From Fimbriosthenelais zetlandica (lineage: Eukaryota): a stretch of 64,000 nucleotides of DNA. The notes under the pieces are model-generated. The model saw only the letters and a list, made by a program, of their open reading frames with translations, had not been told where the DNA came from and did no database searches. Each line of letters opens with the position of its first letter. Within the stretch, counting starts at the first letter, position 1. Both the position numbers and the translations under genes were made by a program. The stretch is from the NCBI GenBank assembly GCA_977030845.1, contig OZ365112.1, forward strand, positions 25,854,001 through 25,918,000. The letters run 5' to 3'. Below, piece by piece: positions 36,801 to 49,527 of this stretch.

Positions 36801-39800
36801 CAATCATAATGGCCTGTTGGCGGCTTAACCCAATAGAATATTCTCGTTAAAACATTCCATTGGATTGAATAATCAGGCATGAAGGTCGTTTAGGACGATG
36901 GAAAGGCTTCATGTTGCCAGGGAGTGGTGTAACTTTCAATGACAAACAAACTCAATGGAAATTCCTCCCCCTCCTTTTTATCTTCTCTTTCAAACTTCCC
37001 ACTTTAAGTCCCTCTTGAATTCAGTGGGGTTTTGTTGCGATCACACTTCACTAAGAGGCATGTCGAAGTCAGGCCAAATTAAACATTTAATTATTAAAAG
37101 GCCATCGGATTATTATCGATCCCTGTGGCATGTTCGCAGCTTTTTCGCCATCGCCTATGATCAATAGTTAAAAAGGGGTGCATTTCTTTGGAAGTCACTG
37201 GAAGCTCTCAACAGGTAAAATCTATCATGCCATCAGACAGTGTGCATGCATGCATGATTACGTGCAGAAGTCTCCTCCCAACTCCCAAGGAACATTGCAT
37301 GTTACATTGCCAAGTGAAAGAAACTTCCAATGTTGAAATTTTTCCATCTTTCATAAAGCAAGAGAGTTTGAAAGCTCGTGATCAGGCGGACCTGTCGACG
37401 TCTCAAATCTCAGATGTCTTTATCTGAATGTTTTTGCTTTTCCTTTTCTTTAGTAATGCCATCAAATAAGACAGGCTTTCTTGAATCTCCCTTTTATCGC
37501 TCGATCTTTTTGAGCTGGTATACTGCATCTGTATACAGGACACCAGCGAGATGGTACTGGGGTTGGCTGCGGTCTCTAATTGAAAAATTGATACCAATTG
37601 TAAGATTTTGCCTTTGAAATTTCTTGAATAATGAATGGAACATTGATCGGCGGCTTGGTTTCCGGTGTCGCTGTTCCTGCAAGGCCTTGTGGGTGCAATC
37701 AACAATGGGCTAAAACAAGCCGTGTCTCATTAGATCCCTCCCCCAGGCCTGCTCCACCACGCGGCGAATCAGATAACTCCTGACAGCAGATAAGACAGAA
37801 GGCAAGGCTGTTACGGCACAAGAGAGAAAACAATCTAATGTTATCTCCATATTTCCCCCTCCAATGATCACCAAGAATGGACATAGGGCCAAGTGATTTA
37901 CCATGTGCATACAGCGAGGCGAGGCATAAAGCATACTCAAGCTCTTCATTCCCTATCTCCTTCCACCTTCTGTAATTAACATATACCATCATAGCTTTCC
38001 CTCCAACTTGAAATCTCCATCCCAGGCCTGCTTCACTGATCTCCTTTGTTATGGTGCCAGTATAATGGCAACAACCAACTCCTCGCTGTCTCCGAGGTTG
38101 GGAAAACTATTATTCTGCCACTGATAAAATGTAAATTGGGTCAGCAGGAACTATTCTTTGTAATAACTTTTCAGAACCAAGCCCATTGAGACAATTAGAA
38201 TTGGTTAAAAAATAATCCAGAGGTAATTGTTGCTTTCTGGAAGGTAAAAATAGCCATTCCAATTGGGAGGCGAATAAAGAGATAAAACGGGATGTTGCCA
38301 TTGTTAAGGAAGCGCGAATTCTTCTTACAGCTGAGAACTTTAAGTGTATTATTCTTGGGAAATTCTTCTTTTCTTTCCCAGGGCTTCATCCCTGGAAGAT
38401 AATCTGGGTCTCCTCTAAATAGGCTGTTGATTACAGCAAAGTCATTAGGCTTGATCAGTCTGTCCTAGTTAATTATCATTCCCACCTGATTGCCACGGTT
38501 GCTTTTGTTCGGGATGTCTGCGATTAAAGACACGGTGGGTCCCTTTTGAGAAGAGAGCTGAATGATAAGTGAGAATTAGCGGCAGAAAAAGGCCAGGCAG
38601 TACAACAGCTCACCCTGCATTTTAACTGTGAGATAAAGCCCTACCAGGGCTAAAAATAGTGATTTATGTCGCCTCATTTACATACATTTGACTGGGAAAT
38701 CCCTGTTTTTACATGCTTCAGCGGGGGCATCATGCATATCGGTACATGTTTCTAAAGACTGGCCTGAGGTGCATGAGGCAGTCTAGAGGATGGCCTCTCC
38801 TGAAATGTGACCCATGATATAAATCTAGTGGACATAGCTATTATTTGCAGTTCTATATTATTCAAATGGAGAAATCAATATCTACTTGATTCCAAGACAT
38901 TGCACTTTTGGACAGTGGCAATAGCCAATGTCCGCAGAATTAGTATTATGTATAGATTGAAATATTATGGACCCTCTGCAGCTCGAGACTGCCATATTAT
39001 GTCATACACAACTTTTATAATATTCAGCAATTTGAGCAGAATGTAAAAAAAAACTGCCATATTATGCCTGCAGCAGCAAGCCACATCAAGCATTCTGCCA
39101 AATTTGCGAGACAGGATTTGTTTTCTCATCTCCAATGTGACATGACGATCCGATAAAAAAAGGCATTTAATTTTACTTTGGCTAAGAAGTGGGAGCTGGC
39201 GGGCCGGACTAATTCACAGGATTAATTAGTAGATTTCCCCTGAATAAGAAAGCCAGCCATTTCCAGTGGGAAATCAAGATATTGGTTTTGAATGACAACA
39301 GATGATCCTTGTGACTCCAGATCTGTGGCCTGGGCGCGTACCAAGCGGGAATCTTCATCTCAAGGAGATAAGGATGATCAGGGAATCTCATTGATAAGGG
39401 GATTTTCTGGGTTGTTTTGACATAGTAATCTCTAATAGCAGTGACTGTTTTAGCAGATGAGACTCTTTTTGTGCAAATTTCATCATTGTTTGATGGCAGT
39501 TCCTGGATGGACATCCGCGATTGATGCTTCTTATTGCACTCCGATATACGACTGTCAAATGTCTTTACCTTTATTCGCATCTTATTGTTCCTTTTACTGA
39601 ATTCGCCTTGATGCCAATATGTACCATTCGGTTGCATTCATCTCAGATATACCTTTCTGATTTCTCAAATTACTTCCCAAAATGTCCCAAATTGTAACAA
39701 GTCTTTTTCTATTTTGTGAACACGTATTCATCTTCTCGTCTGATAATACAATGATATGACATTTTAATGATCTGCCATCTTCATGAATGTCATAACAAGA

Positions 39801-42800
39801 TTTTTGAGAAGTTTGCTTCGCTGATTTCAAGGATTAAAAAAGTTCCTTTTGTGCCTCTATAGACCGAATGGATCCATTTAGTAATCAAAGCAGTAGATAT
39901 CAATTAGAACCCGGAGCCCTCCGAATTAGGTGTAGAATTAGCCACTAATGAGCATGTCTGTCAATTGAACTTATCGTCTTCATTTATTAATTGCAAGTTA
40001 ATTCTAAATCCTCTGCCGGAATGCAGAGGCAATCTGACATTTAACTTGGGCGATGAATGTGGTATGGACATGGTGATGCATGACTAGGCTGTTTTCAAAT
40101 TCACCAAGCAATTATTTCACAGAGACTAGATCCAGCTTCATTAGCGTGGGATCGGATTGTCCAGTTATGCTGTGATTTAATGTCAATGTATCCTATACAT
40201 ATTTGGATCTGAGCTTCCAATTTGTCACGGTTCTAAACCAAAATGAGTCGAGCTTATAAGATCATCTTTTAAAAACTGTTTCTCCTGTCAAAAAGTAATG
40301 ATGTTCAGTAACAAATCAGCTCTAGAGTATATAGCTTGTTTACGTGTATAATACTCCGTTCCTTTTAATTCCACCAAGATGCTGTTGCCATGGTAAAACA
40401 TTAATTTCACTGTGGTGTATTATAAGTGCTGCTTTTATGGGAGTCTAAGAACCATCAATCGCTCCTTAGGGGAGAAAGATCATGATAAAAAAGGCTCGCT
40501 GAACCATTTATTAGTCAATTGCCTCAACAATAGTCTTCATGATAACAGAACATTAAGGTTTGCCTCAGAGTGGCGGTGCACTAGCTTCATATAGTAGGTG
40601 CATAGGCTCTATCATTGATAAAAAAAAAAAAAGCCACGTGGGCATCATCATCTCTATAGCCCAGGATCATGCGAAACATCATGGCTGTAATGTAGTAAAA
40701 TCTCTCTACACAGAGCCACCTATTCTCAGTTCTTTCCAATGGCCTCCTCAAATGATAGAAACCCTCTGATGTTCACCACTACATTTTTTTGTGTCTAAGA
40801 GATGTTCAAGAGGCCATTAGCAAAATGTCATTCATGTTGCTGAAAAGTAAATTGGGGAATTATTTGTACCCGTCTTTGTCGTGGGGAAAGTTTAAATAGA
40901 CTGTCCTTCGTTGCCTTCCATTGTGTAGCACAGAGTAACTGTATCCAAGAGTGGATAAAAGTTACTTTTTAACATACTTCCCAGAGAAATCTCACACACC
41001 AAATGGCACTCTTGGATACGTTCAGAAGTTCTCTATTCTTCAGGAGGCATTAAGCCTGCCACTCTCTCTATCCCACATTAAGAGATCACATTGCTGGGAT
41101 CGAGTTAACTCGTTGTCAATGTTAACTCAACTTTGTCATTCATTTCGCCGAAGACATTCGAAGCAATGCATTAACCCATATACTAACTTACTATACTTGC
41201 TTAAGGTATCACCATTATCTTGACTTGAGCCTTTGATGGATGGCTTCATCACATACATACTGGACATAACTGAAATGAATGGATTTAATTAACACCAACC
41301 TTGTTTGGCATTGAGACAAGGTTTAGCACGCACATGGAGATGTCAGCCAAAGCATGCTGTAAGCTGCCAAAGCCCCTTTTTAAGGTGTTAATTATTGGAT
41401 CAGTCCGGCCCTGTGTCAATTACCAAGTCACCTTGGCGGATGGCGGAGGCCGTGCAAGGCCCAAGTGTCAGATCATGCGATGGTGCAATTTAGGGAAGGT
41501 TAGGGCGAGTGATTGAACCGGTCTTAAGAACAAGGCTAAACGGCGGAGGAAAATCTGGTGGGGATGAAACACCTGGTAAGGTTGAAGGTCAAGGAGTCAT
41601 GTGAATGAGGCCCCAACAATCGTATTAAGAAAAGAGTTTTAAATTATGGATGAATGGGCAGAAGATGGATGTAAGGAAGAAAGGAAGACGAAATTCATGA
41701 ATGAACATTGTAGATAAGTTCTAGATTCTATTAAATATCTGGCATACATTCGTATTCACTTCGTCCCTGGGGCATTCTTCATTGATGCTCAATTCTCAAT
41801 TTCCGCATCTTTTTACTTCCCTGGTGTTCAATGATAAATATTGAATAGTGAGAGAGAAAAATATCACTAAATTTAATTGAATGTATACAAACTTCAGTAA
41901 GCTGTAATCAAGGAGGCAGAATCCACCGATTCAACCCATCCACAGCAAGGCTCAGAGGTAATAAAAAAATACCCCAAGTCCCAGACGATCAGAGCATGTT
42001 GGCTCCTCCATCCGCATTTAAAATTTAATTCACTGTCTTTTCGGTGGGATTTAAAATCAATTTTGACCCTTGGAATTTGAAAAGGAACTCGAGATCATAG
42101 GAAGAATAGATTTCAATGGGAAGCCTTCTTTCATGTCTATTTGAAAGTGGGTTAGGCCTTGAGGGAATTAGCTCTGAACGACTGATTAAAACAGGAACAT
42201 TCCTCGCTCTTATTGACTCAAGGTGGCTTTATGTGCTAATGTTTGAGCTCTTCTCTCCTTCTTTGATGCCACCTCCCGCCTCTGATGTTGAATTGATCAT
42301 TTTCTCCCACCCACCTGGATGTTGGAAAGCCATGGTAGCAGCGGGAGTGAGCTAAGTACACTGAACGAAGGTCTGCTTTTAACGTCTGACGAAGGAATCA
42401 ATCTCTAAAATTATTGTTTGATACGAAAACCAATGAAGGTTGTATTACACTATAAAGTCACCGACAACAAAGTCAGAAGGTAACCCAAACTGTCCTATAG
42501 ATAGGCTTATTGCAAAGGCATCAGGAGTTATATATCACAAATCTGTGTCTGGGAATTTGTCACATACCTAGCTATAGTATAGTGCTGTAGGTTCCCAGGG
42601 ATTTGCCCAGCAGTGCAAGAGAGTGAAAATTGCCCCTGATACTAACCGACGGTACAAGGCCCGTAGGGAAAAGGTGGAAAATTGCATTGTCAAGATTATA
42701 TCCTCGGGTCACTGGCCCCCAGGGTTGCCTAGCCAGCCATATGATCGACTTCTGACAACTCGTTAGCACTATCTTATCATAAGGTGGTGCACTCTCTTAT

Positions 42801-45800
42801 CATAATTAGCTTCTGTGTTTGTTAAAAATGTCTAAATATTTTTATGCTTATAAGATTTGAATACATATATCATAAAAAATATAGAGAGATTTCATCCCAC
42901 TTTTTGTATGGGAATACTATTGACTGCAGGTTCGTACTCTGCTTTAGGTCTATGGCAAAGAGCGTGCCAGTGACGCATATGGATGTAGTTCTCTAAGTTC
43001 TAAGTTGTTGATATATTATATCACACTGCTTCCTGTAGATAGATCTAGATGATATTTATCATCGATCTGCCTTGATCTGTCTGTAATAGACAGTTTACTG
43101 GTGTACCCTCCCTCCACCCCGGACACAGACACACAAGTGTGTAAATAATATTGTATGTTTTCCATCTTTTTCTTTTGTGTCTGGTGCATCATCTAGTATA
43201 CAGCCTAGCATCAGTTTTTTCTTCTCTTCCCTATGTAACGTTACAAAGGCAATTATCTAACGTTAACATTTCGTCTAGCTGGAGGAACACTTCCTCACAT
43301 GCCTTACTTATCAGTGTCTCACTTTGCTCTATCACTTATATATCCTGCGTTCATGTTAGAAATCGAAAAAGAACATTATGTGTAGAGACAGTTGCAAATA
43401 TACTCTGCAGCGTTATTTGCTTCTGGGTATTTTGTGTTATAACTGTGAAGAAGCGCTGCGTCTGTAACTTTCTCCGACGCGGGGAGAAACAGAAGCAGAT
43501 CTGTCGTGACCATTCGTCTTCACTTTACCTTGAGGGCTGACACAGGAGGGAATCTATTCCTCCTGCCTGCCTCCTCCTATTTGAGTTTTGGCCGAGTCTT
43601 AACAACAGGGGCATGTCATACATCAGCTGGGACATGTTGAACACGACAAGCTGTCAGATGCAGTGCTTCATCCTCAATATTCAAGCATATGCATCCAACT
43701 CTCAGATCAATGCATCAGGTCCCCAGCTTTTTCTTCAGGGAAGCAAGTAGACCCCCGCCAACTGATCACTGCACGACTATTTCTTCTCCATCTTTTATTG
43801 AATTAGGCTCGTTTTTGTGCCCTTAGGAGGGAATACTCCACTCTGTTACTGACCCTGGTCAGAAGCACCATATGAGGGTTTATGCTGGTACAATGACCAT
43901 GTTGATGCATTGTGTAGTTATGTGTATTTTACATTGGTTTTGAACTCTGGCATGCCATGTCTGTCACTGGCAAACTCGTTCTCATATTGAAGGAATGATT
44001 ACCACGTTCTGACGGGCTAAGATAGAACAAAAGGAAGTTGAATCGATGAGTCTAAATCTGCCAACACCCCGCTGATTGGGTTGATGTGGTGGACCCATTC
44101 ATTGGTGATTTGTACGAGAAAATCAAGACGGTTCTGTCGATACTTGGTATGAAGGAGGCTCTAGTGGAATGGCATCCTGCGAGTCCACCAGAAGCAATTT
44201 GAGACCTGGCTTGCTGGTTCGATGGCCCTGATGAGACATGATGATATAATGCAAAATGTCTCTCCACATGGGGGAATGTCACGTCTGTGCCCTCATCCCA
44301 CTCATGTCTGTGCATGTACATCGGCTGCAGCACGCATCCGATGACCCTTCTCAAGCCAAGTCTATGATATAAAAAGTCTGTAACAAAAGGCAATCGTACG
44401 CAAGTGACATCAAGCCGAACAGGGTATTGACTGGTCTCCGTTAAATGTAAAACTACACTTCAGGGCTGTTCTTGTTCTAAGTAACACATAGGTTGTCAAA
44501 GGTGGCATGCATGCCTGTTTTTTCTTAAGTTGCAGCAGGATACAAGTGGCAGGTCCCTCTCAGCCTATGTCTCGGTAACGAGAGTCAGGGAAATCATTTC
44601 AAGCTCATTAGCGTTTTGAGCAACATGACCACACTCTTGTTACCAAGCATGGAGTTAGCAGTCCCAAGTGTTAATTAATATCAAGGCGCTGCCTTATTCT
44701 GGAAGCGAGCATGAAAAAAACTTGCCTTCTTCAGATGCCATTTGTGTCTCTGACAAAAGGAACCTCTGATTTTAGTTGGGTGTACTTGTTCAACACACGA
44801 CCCATGTCAGCATGTTACATTACCGACTTTTGTAAACAGTTAAGTTAATTGTGACATTCAACATCGTGAGCTTTATGCACGATAAGTACGAACAGTCATG
44901 TCATGGAAATGAAATCAACTTCGCTTGACATTCAAGTGGAGTTAATTGCCGAGGAAAAAGGAATTTGAAATGGAAAGATGTGGAGAATAATGATTTGTCC
45001 TTAAGTCAAGTATCACGTTTTAACTCTATTGGAGGAAGAAGGCACGCACTTGTCTCCCAACTTGGGATAATGATGCCCTCTTACTGTATATATGGACATT
45101 GAATATAGATGAACAAAACTGGCAGGTTATTTATTTCTACGAGCTGTGTTATACATTGCGGTTGTCTTCGGAACCAGTCTATGGACTTTGCTGAAGGCCG
45201 TTCGATTGTAAATCCTAATCATGCCAAAGGCTTCACCTGACATGCACACTCGACCATGAGTGACCATAACTGCCCTGCCTACCCCATCTACCCTTGACAC
45301 TTGAATAATGATAAAACATCTGTTTTCCCTTTCTGCCTGCCTCACATCACAAGCTTCCGACGCCCGCAGCCGGAAGATAAGCGTTTTTTTTCATGAATAA
45401 ATTCACCCTAAATCCACCCTGTCAAAGCGGGATCCTCCGGCCAGCCCTTTGTGAATATCATCACTGTGGGCTATAGACCACCGGAGAAAGCTCCCATGTC
45501 AAACCGAGTAAAAGTGCCTTGTTGCTGGCAAGAGACATGTAGGTGGAGTCCCTACCACATCCCCCATCTCACCCCCTCCCCCAGCCCTTCAGCTTCGGTG
45601 TATTAAACCTCCGATTTTATAAACTACTAGGCTCCCAGACTGCTATCTTCGCTGTCATGGGAGGTCAGTGGAAGGGAGTTGTGGGGGTGCTTGATGTTGC
45701 CTGATTCAATAACCCCTCCATCCAGGGTTGGATGATGGCCTATTTGGGAGCCTAAATGTGAAGGAATGTGCTTCCTGAGGGGCACTGACTTCCACCAAAG

Positions 45801-46330
45801 CAAAGGCTTCATTTACCTTCCATCACACGACCAACCTGTGTACCAGCCAAGCCGAGCACTGCTACAATTTATCACCACATATTTTCACTTTTTCCAAATG
45901 AAACCTTTGATCCCAATAACTAGAAGAACTTATAAAAGAAAGACATGCTCGATGGTCTCTCTACAAGGCTTTTCTACATCGTTAAAATTGAATATTCTAG
46001 CATATATTTTCTGGGGTATGGCCTTCAAATATTTTCTGACATAGAATCTGCTGCTGTCTAGTACAATGGTCTTCTGGTGCTAGGCATAGGCACCGATAAC
46101 AATAGATTCGCTGGTAAAGTCTGCCATATTGAATTTCATTCATACACACAGACATGTCAGGACTGTGGAAGGAGCTTTGAATCCCTCACGGAAACAGCCA
46201 AAGTATATTATGGCAGCATATTTCTGAGCCACGTCATTTTCAAAGAAATCCCCAGTGTATACATACTAGATGCTGGAGCAATCCCTGCTTTGTTACGGTA
46301 GAGATTCAGTATTAGACAACACTCTCTTCT

Positions 46331-46350
46331 CTTTCTTTCTTTCTTTCTTT
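46331..46350 (+). repeat. (CTTT)5 microsatellite
   Basis: CTTTCTTTCTTTCTTTCTTT read directly. Confidence 0.9.
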
Positions 46351-47234
46351 CTGCACTGATTTTCTGGAGGATGTTTTGTTCTAGGCCCCTCATATACTTT
46401 ATAGATCTTCATCAAGGTAGTTTTCCTGAAGTAGATATCTTGAAAAACGTTGTACTTGATTCATGCTAGACTTCAACCTGAATGCCTTTGAATGTGCATG
46501 ATATGCCATCAGCGTTGATCTCTTCCCTTTTTTGCCATCATGATATGCTGTTTGTAAATGAACTGAATGCCTGTCCCGGGTATCAGAATTTCTGGCGCCA
46601 GAGGAAGGGAAAGCTTCGATTGGAGGAGTCTTTTATGTCTGGGCCTTCTGGCTGACTTATCAGGGTAGGAGGGTGGTGGGTCCTGCCAGGTCGTACATGG
46701 GGACACTGTGACATGCTTCATGATCGAGGAAGGTACCACGCAAACGGTAAAGGTAGGAACCATAGGCTCCTGATGTCAAAAACAAACTAGGACAAGATGG
46801 CACCAGCTTGGGTTCTGCTATTCATCAATTCATAAAAATAGCAGGGGAGGTGTTTTAGAACGCTTATCGCTAAGGTATCAAAAGGTTCTTTCACCATTGC
46901 TTGACGTTCTTCTTTGCTTCCATCGGGCCTAAAATCACCTCATCTCAAACCTCTAGCCCCACATGGTTAGATTTCAATAGGTAGAAAGCTTTTAAACTCC
47001 AAGTCACGGGAGCACCTCTCTATTTAGTAATAAAACTCAAATGAATGGTCCTGCTCCCTAAGGCAAAGTCGGGTCATAGACACTTAGGATCCAAGGAATA
47101 ATGACTGGTATTGGTGCTTTAGACACTTTAAGCCAGTGGGCATTTTTACCTCCAGTCTAGGCTTTAGAATAGCGAGGCTTGTCTATGGAGTTCCTAAGCT
47201 CAGATTATCCCTGGATCAAACGGCCCTCTCGGGG

Positions 47235-47331
47235 AATGGGATTTAGGTCAGGAGATGCCTCGACTGGCCAGCAGCGAAAAGACATCCCACCTCCCCACAT
47301 CTGATGACCATTGACCAAAAACATCATTGTC
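47235..47331 (-). pseudogene. Probable decayed Tc1/mariner-family transposase fragment
   Basis: The minus strand encodes WPVEASPDLNPI (47270-47235), resembling the Tc1 motif WPxxSPDLNPIE but with one extra residue and no catalytic E. An out-of-frame DND at 47331 could correspond to QQDNDPKH. No TIRs identified. Confidence 0.4.
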
Positions 47332-49481
47332 GCTAGAATGGTGAATGGGCAAGGAAGCGTTGCACAGATTTTCTCAATGGACAGAACCCGCCTGCAGAAG
47401 TGAGTGCAGGTCCCGAAGCTTCCATTCACCAACGCTATTCTCTACGTCGTGCTGGATAGGCTTCATCAGCTAGTATGATGCTTGCATGAATGCCAGGGAC
47501 AAAAGCATTGCGGTTTTGGCTGTGGCAATCCGAGACAGTGTTATCTTTCATTCACAGTCCCGATTATTCCTTGAGATGCCAGTGCTTGCTCTATGGAATG
47601 CCTTGTGTGGGAATAATAAATGACTGCCGACTCCCAAAGGAATGTTGGCCCCGTCCATCCATAACGAGGAGAGATCACTAAGAGATTCCCCTAATTATCA
47701 TCGTGGATAATCCTCCGAGACGTGCTTGCAAGTTCCGTGTTTGACAAGGAACTTGCAGTGCAAGACCTGATGGTGGGTCCGGGTTGCATGTGCATTAAAT
47801 AAGATTTGAAAGAAGCTTGATATCGATCTTTGCAAAGTAATCGTGTATCTCTCTCCGGACTAGCTCTTTCTTATACTTCCATTAACTTTTGATGTCTCTT
47901 TTTTTGATTCCTGACTCCCCGTTCTTTTTCGGTACATCCCTGTGGACTCACTTCGACAGAGATGTACTGAAAGCAATCATTTTATTTTCTGTATTAGATT
48001 TTTTTCCCATCACTTTAAAAAGTTTGAGGACACCTACGATTGGTTGAACTTCTGACATGGTTACTACTCTTCTTGGTAATTAATGGACGCGATGAAGGGA
48101 ATCCACTACTGTGGAAGGGTAATATTCTGACAAGGCCTTGCCAATGGTTCCATAAATCAATCCAACAAAGTGTTAAATCTCCCATGAAGGAGAAATAGGA
48201 TGGCTGTCCCCTCGGTACTAAAAGACCGGTTATAAAAGGCCTATGTGCTCCTGACTGCCTGTCTCAGAAGAACCTCAAGAATATACACTGTGATTGCTAA
48301 AATGAATATATTGTGATGATGAGGGTCTGGGACCTCCTTCCTCGGGACTGGAGTTGATCGTTTGAGGCTTTCTTGTGTATGTAAGGCCTGCCTGGAGACT
48401 CTTCTGGGATTGCCAGGTCTTCTTCGCCTTGTTTCTTAACGATCCTCATACAGGGAACTCCCATCATGAGGTGAAAGCGTCTTTAGGTTCAGCTTTTCTA
48501 TCTTCTTTGCGGTCTGATCATAGATTGAGTTGTGCAGGAGGGGTGTTTGCAGTTGGAGGTATATGCAGAGTTTGAAATACTACTTTAAGGCCAGGTCCCA
48601 GGTCCATCAGTCATGATTTGAGACCATAAAAACTTGGTATTTTGCCTGTGACTTGCGTTGAGTTATACCCTGATGCTGCTTCTATGAGCTTAGGTGTTCC
48701 AGCAAGACGGGTGGTAAGCGGAACTATACTCCAATTTTAAATTTAAACTTCGAAGACATGCATGCGCATGTGCGGACTATTATATGCATATCCGGTCGAT
48801 GTGGAACAGGGTAAAAATTGCGATATATTGTAATGAAAGTTGATGACCGATTACTCAACTGAAGCCTAAACTTCATACATGTAAAATCTATACTTTCGAA
48901 CTCATGAAGTTTATAAAAGTAAGTCTGCAGGCATTTCCTGAGAATATCGAAACCCATTCATTACAATGTGAAGCCCTATTCTCCCAAATGAGAAGGAATG
49001 ATGAGAATAAATAAATCGGTTTCAGAACTCTAAAGCTGCTGCCTTTTGAGCTAGAAATTGCTTTCCTCGGCCGAATGGCACCTGCCTTTGAAGCGTCCCG
49101 CCGTGGAGGTGTGTGGCTGGGGTTAGGTGAGATTGAAGACCTGTCCGCACTTAATTATGGACTACTTCACTGATAGCTCAGTAATTTAGAAGTAAATGAG
49201 AAAGGTTACCCGATTTATACGTCTGGCAAAGGGGATTTGCACGCAACACCACTACATTATTCTGTCACAGACTCTAGACGAAAAACAAGAGGAGCACAGA
49301 ACTGTTCATGACCTGTTTTAAACAGACTTTCATGTGTTGCTCATGAGAAGGAAGAGGAAGTCTGTAATAATTATAATTAAAGTCTTAAGCCATTGATTAG
49401 TCTTACATTGATGCCTTTTCATATTGATTTAATCAATATACCTTTGACATTAACAATGTCTTTGCTGTTTTTTCATTGCAG

Positions 49482-49527
49482 GTGAGTGTGTTCCCCTTGA
49501 TGGTTATAACCTGTATTTCCGCGAACT
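49482..49527 (+). other. Candidate 46-nt exon or recursive-splice (RS) exon
   Basis: Acceptor ...CATTAACAATGTCTTTGCTGTTTTTTCATTGCAG ends at 49481, with no AG for 79 nt upstream and a branch-like TTAAC. It is immediately followed by GTGAGT, and a downstream donor GAACT|GTGAGT starts at 49528. Confidence 0.5.
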
